Shown: in pieces, positions 1 through 13,300 of the stretch | How the letters are laid out: every line of letters begins with the position of its first letter | Numbering within the stretch: the stretch's first letter is position 1 | Source of the DNA: Octopus vulgaris | Taxonomy: Eukaryota | NCBI GenBank assembly: GCA_951406725.2 | Contig: OX597832.1 | Span: 63,550,001-63,614,000, forward strand | Length of the DNA stretch: 64,000 nt | Reading direction: 5' to 3' | Position numbers and translations under genes: made by a program | The notes under the pieces: generated by a model | Seen by the model: the letters and a program-made list of their open reading frames with translations, nothing else | What the model was told of the DNA's origin: nothing | Databases searched by the model: none

Positions 1-475
1 AATTGCCCAGTTTTAGAAACCTCTTTATTATCATAAAAGTTGTGATAATGATAACAATAACAATAATGGTGGGAGTAACTAGCTGTTAATATTGTTCTTG
101 TTGTGGTTGCTGTCAGGTAGCTATGACAATTTAACTTGTTAACATGTTTTGATAATGACCTGTCTGATACTGTTTCTAATTCAAAGATATAAAGACTCTT
201 GTCTTAAAGTATTCATACAGAATTTTAAAAACCTTCCATAATCACTTCATATTAAAACATTTTGTTTCACATATTTTCCAGTCCCCAGTTTAATAATTTA
301 AACATTATTTACTCTATTAAATCCCACCAAATATTTTACTGCTTTTAAAATGTAGCAAAATGTATAAGCAGTTTATTTCATTAGATACGGAGTTGCAAAA
401 GGGTAATGTTGTATAATATTTCGTTTTTGGATTTGGTTTGCAAGATTCTTTATATTAGTTCGTGTGTTGAAGCAT

Positions 476-713
476 ATTCTGTTGTGTCTGGGGAGAGTCA
501 TTCTCTTTTAGTGCCTTATCATTTAACACACTCACCAGTGAAATTTCCACTTATTTCTTATTTTTATTTTCTAAAATTTTCGTTGCGTCTTGTAACCTTT
601 TCAATAGTCTTAACTCAGAAAATAAAAATAAGAAATAAGTGGAAATTTTACCAGTGAGTGTGTTAAATAATAAGGCACTAAAAGAGAATGACTCTCCCCA
701 GACACAACAGAAT
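476..713. repeat. Long inverted repeat (arms of about 97 bp at 476-572 and 617-713)
   Basis: ATTCTGTTGTGTCTGGGGAGAGTCATTCTC... and its reverse complement, with only a few mismatches. Confidence 0.9.
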
Positions 714-846
714 TGTATAGTATAATATATCAATAAAAATAAAATTTGTTATTGCTTTAATTTTTCATAGATTTTATTGTCAATGAAACCTAATTCAATG
801 AAAATTGCATTTCCATCACTTATATGTTTTATATATTGTTTTTCAG

Positions 847-3800
847 ATATTCCTTTGTGGTTGTCAATGGGTCCCATGTTTATTTGGATCATCATATTCT
901 TTACAAGACCTCATAAGGTTAGTGATATCAACTATATACTTCCATTTCAATGTGTGTGTATGCATGCATGCGCACAGAGAGAGAGAGAGAGAGAGAGAAG
1001 CATATGCCTGCCCACACATACAATAGGTTACTGTCGTTTGCATTTACTGAATTCCGCTCATTAGACACTGGTCAGCCCAAGACTATTGTCACAGACACTT
1101 ACACAATGTTCCAAGTGGTTACCAAATGTACTTCTAACCACACACATACACCTACACAAAAAAACACACACACACACGATTGGCTTCTTTCAGTTTCTGC
1201 CTACCAAATCCACTCTGAAGGCTTTACTTGGCCCAGGGCTATAGAAGACACTTGCCTGAGATACTACTCTGAAACTGGACCCACCAAACTCACAGGATTA
1301 GGGAGCAAGTATTTTAACCACACGTTAAGGCGTTAGGAAGGGCATCCAGCCGTAGAAACACTGCCAGATCTGACTGGGCCTGACAAAGCCTTCCAGCTTC
1401 ACAGACCCCAGTTTACCCGTCCAACCCATGCTAGCATGGAAAGCGGACGCTAAATGATGATGATGATGATGATGTATATGCCTATGTCCACAAAGGTATA
1501 CAGCTATACACTGGAGAATTTGTGATGAACTTGACAAGCCTCGAGAGTCTTCTCAATCCTTCGATGTATCTGCTCATCTGTGAACCACTTTACAGAATGT
1601 ACTGGAAACGTTTTATTATGGCACCAGGTTCTAGAGAAATTGTTGTATGAGACAAGGATCCTCTCAACCCTGCAATTTCACCACTTACTTGACAATCTTG
1701 CAAGGTTCACAGACAACAGGTGGACCCATGCTGTTGCTGAGTATTATCCAAGAGTTGAGAAAAGGCAATTTGGATGGCTTCCATGATGATAGAAATATGA
1801 TACAGTCAAGCAATTTGAGTCAAGATGAAAAAGAATGGCAGAATGAAGACAGAATTGGAAGCTCATTGTAACCAGTGGTGTATAACAGCATCTGATGGTC
1901 TGGTCAGTACTGTGATACTGTGATTTGGTAACAACTTTATGGAGCATTCTGGCATCTATGCTAATGAGATCAGCTTGTACCCTGCAAGAGAAAAAGAGGT
2001 CCTCACTGCTCAACATTGTCCCCATTGATACACAGCTGCATGAATTATAGAGTGGGTAGAAGAGAGGGTGAGTGCAGGAGATGAACAAAGGGGAGAGGGA
2101 GAGAGTAAAGAGAATGTGAGTTGGAGGTTAGAATGATTGTGTTGAAGAAGAGAGAAAAATGCAGAGATTGCTAGAGGAGTGGCAAAGAGGAGCAGTAAAG
2201 GTAGGATATAAAGAGAGAGAGAGAGAGAGGGAGGGGACAGTAAAAGCATAAGGTAGTGAGAGGGAAGCATTTAGGGCAGCTGTATGTTTGCAAATAAGAG
2301 AGAGAGAGAGAGAGAGAGCAAGTGGGGGGAGTGTGAGGGACATCAGTGTAACAAGTGACCAGAAGAAGGAGCAATGGCAGTTAGCAATATAAAACTATCC
2401 CTCTCTTGTCCCACTCCTCTCAAAATTGCTGGCCTTGTGCCAAAATTAGAAAGAATTATCTACAGAAACTTCACGCATCTTTTAAAATTTATTTCCAGGA
2501 AGAACGTTTTCTTTTTCCGATCTACCCATTTTTTGCCCTTGGTGCTGCCATTTCAATCACCTACATGGAGGTAAGATATCCTCTTTCTCATTTCCATAAT
2601 TTCTATCATATCTCCTTCATATTACTTTCATTCAGACCATAATTTAATTCACATTAAGACATCAAAGTCTCTCTGTAATAGATGATCACTAAATTAATGA
2701 TCACTGTAAAATGTATGATAAACAATTGTTTACTGTTTATATGATAACTGTTTACTGAATTATATGAACAATTATTTACTGTTTATATGAAAAACAACTG
2801 TTTACTGTTTATGTGATAAACAAATGTTTACTGAAATATATGATAAACATGATTATGTAATATATGATGTACAACTGTTTACTGTATATGTGCTGAACAA
2901 CTGTTTGCTTTTGATCTTTGCAGGATATATTTTGTTCATTGTTCTCGTCCAAGAAGTTTTCATCCTCTGACAGTTACCATTTTCTCTCAGTAATTTGTGC
3001 TGCAATTTTCACTGTTCTTTCCGTTTCCAGAACTCTGCAGCTTTATCAAGGTAAACACACATCTCACATAGACACACACACACTTTTCTTTTTTTCAAGA
3101 ATTTTCATTAGGGTTTAGTCAAAATGAAATCAGCATAGGTATGACTGTGCAGCTAAGAAGGTTGTTTCCCAATCACATGGTTTTGAGTTCATTCCCATTA
3201 CATAACACTTTGAGCAAATGTCTTCTCTTGTAACCCTGGGCCAACCATAGCCTTGGGAATGGATTTTATTGATGGAAACTGAAAAAAACCTGTTGTGTTT
3301 ACCTATCTATCTATCTATCTATATATATATATATATGTGCCAGCTCCTCTGACCCCTGTGGTAGTGGCATGTAAAAAGCACCCATTACACTCTTGGAGTG
3401 GTTGGCGTTAGGAAGAGCATCCAGCTGCAGAAACACTTCCAGATCAGATTGGGGCCTGATGCACCCTCCTGGCTTCCCAGACCCCAGTCAAACCAACTAA
3501 CCCATGCCAACATGGAAAAAGACATTAAACGATGATAATGATATATATATATTGCCCCAGCATGGCCTCAGTCTAATGACTGAAACAAGTAAAATATAAA
3601 AGATAAATGTATATATATATGTATATATATATTGATTAAAATTTGTGTGAATGTGCATAGAATAATATATCAGTTGAATAAAGTTAAAACATAGTCTGGT
3701 TTTCACGTTTTTTATTATGGTATTTTATCAAAATTAGCACTTTCATACTTAGAGTAATCATCAGATTTCAAATGGGTTTAACTGACAGTTGAGTTCTTGA

Positions 3801-6800
3801 CAACTTTAGTTCCTCTTTGAACACTCCAAACAGCTGAATTTTTAGAATACCTTTTGACCAATTTGCATGCTATGTTTGAAAGCGCTAATTTTGTTAAAAT
3901 ACCATAATAAAAAACGTGAAAACCAGACAATGTTTTAACTTTATTCAACTGATATATATATATGTGTGTGTGTGTGTGAGAGAGAGTGTTAGTATGTTTG
4001 TGTCTATTTGTTTTGACATCATGTGCTAGATGTAAATGTGTGTCCCTATCGTACAAGCAGTGTCATTCATTTCCAATAGTCTACAAAATCATGTTTGGCC
4101 ATGGAGAAATATTACCTAACTTGGAAACAGATAAGTGTTGGCAACAGGAAGAGCATCAAGTTGTAGAAAATCTGCTTCAGTAAACTCTGTCCAACCCATG
4201 CAAGCACGGAAAAGGGGACATTCAAAAGATGATGACAAATCCTCATATAAGAAAACAATTTCTGGGTTTTTTTTACAGACTCCCTCTTATTCTTTGGCTA
4301 TTTGAGAAGTAGGTGTTTTAACCATGGACACTGTAGTTCCAGTGGCAGAATACAAACCATTGATCTTTCAGTTGGGCAGTTTACCACCCCTGCCATCTCT
4401 TTAGCTTCCCCACAATTAAGAGATGACTCTATATTATATGATTATATTAGTTATACTTGGAAGCACTAGTATAGCTAGTGGGGGCGGGGCATTAGGGGTG
4501 GTCCAACCCAGGCGGCACTTTTGGGTATGTTGTAGGCAATATGTGTTTTTTTTTGGGGGGGTTTGGGGTGGGGGGCACAGACTCTAGCTACACTGGTACT
4601 TGGAAGAGCATCCAGACACAGAAACCACATCAATGCTGGCATTTGGGTCTGATGCTCATGAGAGCCTGACAAACCATCCAAGCCATGCCACCATGGAAAA
4701 CAGACGTCAAACGATGATGTTGGCGGCAGTGGTGCTGGTGGTGGTGAGGAGGAGGAGGAGGAGGAGGAGGTATGACTGAAATTATTTTATTCTTTTTTTG
4801 CTGAATACTTTTAATTAGCCACTGACTAAATTATGAGGTAGGACAGAGACTACAATTAAATATTTTCATTAAACAACTGAGTTTTTTTTGTATTTAAAAA
4901 AAAATGAGTGACTATCTTCATAATTTTTATTTTGAAGGTTATCATGCTCCAATGGATATATATCTGGAGCTGAATCAGATTGCCAGCAAACCAGAAATCC
5001 ATACTATGTCCACAGATAAACAAGTCAATGTCTGTATGGGTAAAGAATGGTATCGTTTTCCAAGCAGTTTTTTTCTTCCCCATAACAAGTAAGTAAAACT
5101 GAGTGAAATTTATTCTAACCCTTTCATTACCATATTTCTGATGAAATACTCTGCCTCTCAGAAAATTACTATTTGTAAATCTCACAACGAAAGATATTCA
5201 GCAACAGTACTTTGTAGTAAAGATTGTTTGCCAACATAACATGGCAGTCCTGGTTTAGGACGAATATTGCTGTAATTTAGCCCCAGGAGACATCGTTTCC
5301 AGCTGGCTATACGACATAATCTGTGTCCTAATATTTTCAAACAAGGGAATCAATGTTCAAAAACATAAAGACACAGATCATGTCGTATAGCCAGCTGGAA
5401 ACGATGTCTCCTGGGGCTAAATTACAGCAATATTCGTCCTAAACCAGGACTGCCATGTTATGTTGGCAAACAATCTTTAATACTCTGTCTCTATTTCAGT
5501 TTAATTTTGAAAATAATAAAGAATTCAGTAAATTAACTTTGTCATTATTAAGCTTGAATTTGGAACATAAATTAACAGGAAATTTTGATGGAAAGCTTTA
5601 ATTTAGATCACTTGAAAACAGGAAATTTGCATCATAGAACCAGAAGCAGTTTCAGGGAGGAAGCAGAGGGTGGGTCTTGTATCAAAAGCAGTAAAACTGA
5701 CTTCAATTTACAGATTGTGTCAATGTCTTCTATTATTGTTCTAGGTAAAGGCAGTGAGCTGGCAGAATCATTGGCACAATGGACAAAATGCTTAGCGGCA
5801 TTTCATCCAGGTTTTGTTTTAGGTTCAAATTCTGCCGAGGTTGACTTACACCTTTCATCCTTTTGGGATCGATAGAATAAATACCAGTGGAGTACTGGGG
5901 TCAATGTAATCAATTAGCCCCCTTCCCCAGCATTTCAGGCCTTGTGCCTATAATATAAAGGATTCTTATTGTTGTTGAAAAGGCAGCAAGCTGGCAGAAA
6001 TGTTAGCACACCAGACGAAATGCTTAGTGGTATTTTGTCTGTCTTTACGTTCTGAATTCAAATTCCACTGAGGTCGACCTTGCCTTTCATCCTTTTGAGG
6101 TCAATAAATTGACTACCAGTTGCGTACTGGAGTCAATCTAATCTTGTAGACTTCTACATTGACTCAATAAAGGATTAGCTATGGAGCAAATCTTTAGAGA
6201 TAATATTCTTATCATTTTAAGGCAGAATTATTAGCAAACCAAGCAAAATACTTAGTTGCATTCCTTCTGGCTTTACGATCTGAGTTCTAATTCAGCCAAG
6301 GATGACAATACCTTTCATTGTTTGTGGGGTCAGTAAAATAATATCAGTTGAGCACCGGTGTTTATGTATTTAACTAACTACTTTCCCAAAAATGTCAGCC
6401 CTTGTACCTATGGTAGAAAAAAATAATTTTTTTAGAATTTTACTTGAGATATTACTATAATTCTTTTTTCTCCCTTCCATATTCACCAGTTGGCATTTAC
6501 GCTTCATAAAGTCAGAATTCAAAGGTCAGTTACCCAAACCCTATTATCAAGGACCTGATTCAACTTCGACAATCCCTTCACACATGAATAACATGAACAT
6601 GGAAGAACCAACCCGCTACGTAAGTAAAATCAGTCCTTCTTGTTACTCCTTCATCAATCCATCTCTTCTGAGACAACTGATTCAGATATTTGATCCATTC
6701 ATGATCAGCTCCTGTTGACTTTTAGGTGAAACTTGTGTGTGACCCTCCAGGCTATTCTTCTGGCCACACTCAGAAGATATTTCAAACTCATCTCTACAAA

Positions 6801-7370
6801 ATATTGAACCACTTGGGAATTTTACAGTGCTACCACTGCTTACAGCTGCAACTTGTTCCATCGTTACTGTATATATTTATTGTTGAGTGGATTGGATCAT
6901 TTGAACACAAAGTGTCTCTTGGGCTGAAGAGACATCTCAGTTCTGGCAACAGGATAGAAACTGCTGACCATTCTGCTAGTTGTCTTGATAAATAAGAAAA
7001 GACAACAAAAAAAAACTAGGTTCCAAGAAAGCTAGTGATGATGTCCCCTTCTTTACCCAAGCCTTAGGCTCATAGGTTAGGAGCTTATCTTGTTTTACTG
7101 GTGTTTAAGTGACTGAGAATGTTGGAAATAGCAGCCACATTTCCCTCAAACCACACTCTACAGGTGTGATTTGAGGGAACATGTTTAGGGCACAAAATAC
7201 TTGAAAACAGATAGAATGCTCATAGTTGGATTGTCTTTGATCAGAGGTCTGCTCAGTCAAAACTGACCTGGAGCTAAACAACATCAAACAAGCTACATTG
7301 TTGTTTTAACATGAGATTCTTTCTTCTCAAGAAATAATTATAATTAATGAAAATAATAATAATAATAGTA

Positions 7371-7406
<36 letters not shown>

Positions 7407-8647
7407 TAATAATAATAATACAAACTGACAATTGGTGCCTGGTGCAGCTCCTTGGCTTGCCAATGGCAAAGCGAACATTAAATGATGGTGGTGGCAGTGG
7501 CAGTGGTGGTGGTGAAGAATTTAAATAAAGGGAGAAATTTCTAAACACTTTCCAGCAGAGATATTCTCATTTACTTCAGGGCAGTTAAAGAACCAGGGTT
7601 AAGTAGAATCATCATCATCATCGTGGTTGTCATCATCATCTTCTTCTAATGTCCATCTTCCATACTGGCACATGTTGGGCAGTTTAGCAATATCTGATGG
7701 ATCAGAGGACTGTGCCAAGCCCTACTGTCTACTTTGGCATGGTTTCTACTGCTGGATGCTTTCTTCATGGCACCAGCACTGGTGAGGTCACCATGTAGCT
7801 TACAAGAATACAATCCCCTCAACTGATTGGACTTACAGGAGAGAGAGACAGACAGACAGACAGACAGGCAGGCAGGTGGGTTTATGGTGGGAGATGAAAG
7901 GTTAGAGTATGAAGACAGGGGCTGGAACAGATTTCTTGCAATAGAAGAGACACACAGCTCTAAGAGTGAGTGGAGCTAATAGGGATGGAACTGTGACAAG
8001 CTGTCAAGGTGGGCTCTGGGGACCAAAGAACAAGGAGGATATGTGGGTAGAGACTACAAGAATGTTTGTGAATATAGAGGATAGTCAGAGATGGGGTACA
8101 GATGGATACTCTTGTTGTAGTTTATCATTGCTTCTGTTTAAGTTGTTTCATTTCTTGTGTTCTTTCAGATTAACGTAAGTAAGTGCCATTATTTGATAGA
8201 CCTGGATGTGCCTACAGAAACCAAACTGGAACCAAGATATTCCAAAAAAACTCAGGAGTGGAAAATTTTAGTGTCATCAAAATTTCTATATCCACAACAG
8301 TAAGTGATTTCTCTCTCTCATTCTCTCGCTCTCTCTCTCTCATGCTCTTTCACTTTTTCTGTTAATCTCACTCTAGCACTCTTTCTCTTTCCATCACTCT
8401 CTTTGTCCTTTCTCCCTTTGTCTCCCTCCCTCACTCTCTCTGTCTTTTATGCCATCAAACACAAAATTTTTTTTTATCTTTTTGGTAATATTAACCATTT
8501 GTTTTGTTTCTAATTTATAGATCCCACCGAATATTCCGAGCATTCTACATTCCGTTTATTTCCAGTGATTACTGTACATATCACAACTATAACTTGCTGA
8601 AAGCCATACGTCCAACACGACCCAGTAGCAATCGAGAACATTTATAG
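847..8647 (+). CDS. ALG9: Alpha-1,2-mannosyltransferase ALG9 (GT22), 3' part; exons 847-917, 2499-2570, 2924-3050, 4938-5088, 6490-6619, 8169-8299, 8521-8647 (stop TAG); 5' exons lie upstream of the window
   Basis: All introns are GT-AG with consistent phases. Spliced translation gives ..IFFTRPHK|EERFLFPIYP..SVSRTLQLYQG|YHAPMDIY..NVCMGKEWYRFPSSFFLPHN|WHLRFIKSEFKGQLPKPY..HMNNMNMEEPTRY|INVSKCHYLIDLD..|SHRIFRAFYIPF..REHL*, which contains the ALG9 motifs PHKEERFLFP, VCxGKEWYRFPSSF, SEFxGQLPKP and CHYLxDLD. Confidence 0.95.
2715..2908 (+). repeat. Degenerate minisatellite (about 25-30 bp unit, AACAACTGTTTACTGTTTATATG)
   Basis: About 7 imperfect tandem units just upstream of ALG9 exon 2924. Confidence 0.75.
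5217..5479. repeat. Long inverted repeat (arms of about 110 bp) in an ALG9 intron; related copies at about 11922-12062 and 21960-22060
   Basis: TAAAGATTGTTTGCCAACATAACATGGCAGTCC...CTGTGTC is mirrored at 5370-5479. Confidence 0.9.
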
Positions 8648-8809
8648 TTGGCCTCTTCAGATGGTCTGCTCCCTCTCTCCCCCTCTCTCTCTCACTCTAT
8701 CTCTTCACTGATGCCCCTTTCTAGCCAGAGAACCATTAATTTTTCCAAACAATTGTTAGTAAATTACAAACCAAACTCTACATCATGTCTTACAGTAATT
8801 AACTTTCTC

Positions 8810-9312
8810 TGTTCTATATTTGAGAGATGAGGAATTATGTACATTATTTACATTTGACAGATATTTGTCCTCATCTTGTTTGTTGTTAACACAACGTTTC
8901 AGCTGATATACCCTGCAGCCTTCATCAGGTGTCTTGGGGAAATTTCAAACCTGGGTTCTCATTCCTAAGGTATTTTTCCAATGTTGTTGTTATTATTATT
9001 ATCATTATTATTATTATTATCATTATTATTATTGTTATTATTATTATTATTATTATCATTATTCAGGTTACTGCCTGGTATCAAACTCGGTCATATGACA
9101 TAGTGGTTAAGAGTACAGGCTAACCCCAAGAGTCCGAGTTCAATTGCAGGCAGTGACCTGAATAATAATAATTATAATAATAATAACAACATCGAAAAAT
9201 ACCTTAGGGATGAGGACCCAGGTTTGAAATTTCCCCAAGACACCTGATGTCGAAATGTTGTGTTAACAACAAACAAGATGAGGACAAGTATCCATCAAAT
9301 GTAAATAATGTA
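8810..9312. mobile_element. Fold-back element with tRNA-like head and hammerhead motif (Penelope-related non-autonomous element), copy 1
   Basis: The arms are inverted copies of each other. Central tRNA-like A/B boxes, (AAT)n tracts, and CTGATGA..GAAA at 8888-8933 (-). Confidence 0.7.
8888..8933 (-). ncRNA. Minimal type-I hammerhead ribozyme motif
   Basis: Minus strand reads GACAC-CUGAUGA-A-GGCUG(cagggUAUAU)CAGCU-GAAA-CG-UU-GUGUU: stem I GACAC/GUGUU, complete catalytic core, stem II, palindromic CG helix III and a GUU cleavage triplet. Confidence 0.65.
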
Positions 9313-10326
9313 ACTTTCTCCGGTTCCTCTGTTCTCTTTTCTCTTCTTTTTTCCCCCTCCATCTTATTTATATTCTTCTATTTTCAGATTTTCTTTTTCT
9401 CTTCCCTTTTCATTCTATTGTCTTCTATCTTTCTTCTTTCTTTTCTTCCATCTATTTTTCTCTGTTTTATTTTATTTTTGTATTTGGTTTGCAACACTTT
9501 ATTGCCAATTTGACTCTCTTTGAAATACAACCTTTGGGCATTTTTTAGAGGTTTTTGTTATTGTTAATCTTCTTCCTCTTCTGCTTCTTTTTTAAATTTT
9601 TTCGTTGTTCTTTTTTCTTTTTCCGTTTTCTTTATTCAATTCTCTAAGGCGGTGTACTGGCAGAATCTCACTACCATGTTGGAAAAAAAAAGTGCTCAGT
9701 GCCATTTCTTCCATCTCTTTGCATTCTCCGAGTTGAAATTCCACAAAGGTCAACTGTGCCTTTTATCCTTTCAGGGCCAACAAATAAAGTACCACGCATG
9801 TACTGGGGTCAATGCAAATGACTACCCTTCGCCCCCTAAAAAATATGCTGGCCTTGTGCTAAAGTTTGAAACCATTATCCCCTCTCTTTCTCCCCCGCCT
9901 TATTCTGTTATAAATCATCTTCTCAGACCTTTTCTTCTCCTCCTCCTCCTCTTCCTCTAAGTGTAACTTAACTATTCACTGCCACACTTTACTTGATACT
10001 GAAACTGCTGCCTGCCGATGATAATTTCTCAAGACTGTTTTTTATCTTTTCTAGTTATCATCATTTTTTTTTGTATCTATATTTCCTCCCCCCACTCCAC
10101 ACCTTTGTTTTACCTTATTTTTGGCATCAGTGTATAGTGCCAGCTCTTTTTTTTTTTTTTGAAGACTGTTTTTTAAACTGATGCAATTGTGTATTTGATA
10201 GTCCCTATCTAATGAGCTAAACTAGATGTTCCAGAGTCTTTGTTTCTGAATTCAGTTCACTATACAAATTTGATTTAGTGTGTGTGTGTGTATATATATA
10301 TTTATAGATAGATAAATGTATTTGTA

Positions 10327-10363
<37 letters not shown>

Positions 10364-13300
10364 GAAATTATAAGGAGATATATCTGTTTATCTATACATA
10401 CATAAATATGTACATATTTATACATACATGCATGTATATATATGTATATATATACTTAAAAATTGTTCTTGTGCCTAACCAAAAGAAGTCCTTATTTTTT
10501 TCTTGTATGAAGAAAACACAAAAGGTCGACTGGATATGGTTCTTGGGTGTCAGGCAAATGTGCCTGTGTTATCTCAATCGACATAAGATGTGATTAAGGT
10601 TGTAATGGTGATGTGAAAGTGGCAGATGAACTACTTAGATGAATTATTGTCATTGGCTTTATGGCTAAGAACATCATTAACATTGATTAGAAAGAATTGT
10701 TTTTTTTTTCACTTCAAATCCACCCTGGTACTATATACAAACCCTGGGTTGAGACATCTGATGGTGACCACTGATAAAACTTGATAAGTATTGTATCAAT
10801 ATTGATAAGTATTGTAAAATAATCTTTCATTTGTAACATTAAGGTTAATAATCTGGAAATCTATAAATTTAATTAATTTGAATAATTTGGTGAGAAAAAA
10901 TACTCTTATACTAAGTGAAATTATTAAATATTGTGAAACTTATATTAAAAAAAGTTTCATTGAAAAGAAATAGTATTGTTATTCTTCAAAACTCAGGTTT
11001 TGTTGGAACTCCTGGAGTCTTTCATGCGTAGTGGGCTTGCTGCCTGCAGCCTATGGTACCATGCTATCTGTTCTTTTTAACCATCTTATACTTTCCTGAT
11101 TATTCTGGCTGTGCCAAAGAGGTAAACGTTTTGTAACAACCCTATTGGGCACTCTGTTCAGATTTTCTTGATATTCCTCTTGATGCCTTTGATACTGTCC
11201 CCAAGGACTCAATTATTATTATTATTATTATCATCGTCATCATCAATACCATTAAATCAACTTAAAGATTTAAGCATAGCTGTGAGGTTAAGAAATTTGC
11301 TTTCCAACCATGTTGTTTTGGGTTCAGTCCCACTATATGGTACCTTGGACAAGTGTCTCAGGTCAAATAATACCTTGTGAATAGCTTTGGTAGAAAGAAA
11401 CTGAAAGTTGCCCATCATGTGTGTGTGTGTGTCCTTGTCTAAACGTTGCAGGACAGTTGTAAATGAGACTGATACTGTAGTCCAACCTGTGGATATGAAA
11501 TATTAGAGTTTAGCCAGTTAAATATCTGCAGCACCATTTCCCCCAACTGGGGTGCTACAAGAAATAATGGTAAACACATTAATTACATGCAAATGCATTT
11601 TTTGAGTCATTTTGTATTAAACTTCACATTCTTAATATGGTAAGGCCCCTAGCTGGCAGAATCGTTATTGCACTGGACAAATGCTCAGTAGCAAAACCGG
11701 CGGCTCTGTGGTACAAACTTATTGTTTCCAAAAGATCTAAATTCAAATCTTCCATTAAATTCTCCCATTAATTTGTGTTCCAAACACCAGCTCAATAATG
11801 ACAGTTATTTTATTAATCTTTTCATTAGTTTCAAAATTAATTGAATCAAAGAGAAAGTATTTTAACAAAAAGAATGGTAACAAAAGGTTTAAAGCAATCT
11901 AAATTAAAATCTTTTGAATTCTGTAGTAAAGATTGTTTGCCAACATAACATGGCAGTCCTGGTTTAGGACAAATGTTACTGTAATTTAGCCCCAGGAGCA
12001 AACAATCTTTACTACAAAGTACTGTTGCTGAATATCTTGTGAGATTTACAAATAGTAATTTTTTAACTTTTGAATTCTGTTGTTAATTTATATTCCATGC
12101 ACCCACTTAATAATGACAGAGTTAGTGTACTAAATTCTTCTTTATCTTCAAAATTGATTGAATCTTTTTAGTGAGTTGGTGTGAGTAATGAGGTACCATT
12201 AAAGAATCAACTTCATATAGCATGTCATTGGTAAATTAGCTTGGTGGAGTTGATTTCTTCCCATATTCCCTTTCACACCTACCCCTGGATGAAATGGCTC
12301 CACTTGCAATTGAAACTAGGCTTCTGACTCATTTTGCACAGACCAAATTCCAAACACACATATATATATAGATGTCAATATATATATATATATATACGTG
12401 TGTGTGTATGTATATATATATATATATATATATATAAATTGCTTAGTAAATATTTAAATGAAGTGTTTGTGTATGGTTAATAGATTTCATGTGGCACTGA
12501 AGAAGGAGCAATAATTCTTGAAATATGCATATACACTCATCTTATCTGTTTTTCTACCTTCGATCACATTGTTTACATAGATTATTTCTATACAAAACAT
12601 CGTAATTTTCAATGCTGGCTCTAAATTTTATAGAAAATCTGTAGAAATACACTTAAAAGTGATATTTATGTGTGTTTGTTTTTATGTATAGTTATACATA
12701 AAAATAGTGAAATATTAAATTGAAGTAGAATATCATATTTATGTTATTCTTGCAAGAAAAGGGTTGACAGACTAAGGCAAAACTTCAAAAATAATGTCAA
12801 TCTTTCCCTTGTAATAGTCATGTATATATACATACATATGTACATGCATACGTACATCAAGCTAAGCTGGTGTACGTATGTCAAGCTAAGATAAATCATG
12901 GTTATAGCCAGAGCTGGTGTGTGTAAAAGACACCCAGTACACTCTGCAGAGTTGCTGGTGTTAGGAAGGGCATCCAACTGTAGAATGCTAAACCAAAACA
13001 GACTGGAGCCTAGTGCAGCACTTTGGTTTACCTTTTCCAATCAAACCATCTTAGCATGGAGAACAGACACTAAATGGTGATGGTGACACATACACATGTA
13101 TGTGTGTGAGTGTGTATCTGAAATACTGAGAAAATGGGTTGCTGACTCATTGAAACACATGTCTATCAAAGTGTAAAAATACCAGTAACATTTCCTGTCG
13201 TCCAATGTGGTGATTGAACTCTTAGCATGTATAAGTGTTTAATGTGGAACAAATTACTGAACCTTAAATTAATGGGTAACATGTTGTGCATGTAGATTCC

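Noticed and set aside
5236-5300. GTCC..GGACGAA stem resembling a hammerhead or twister part
   Set aside because: No CUGANGA core or twister pseudoknots could be assembled by eye.
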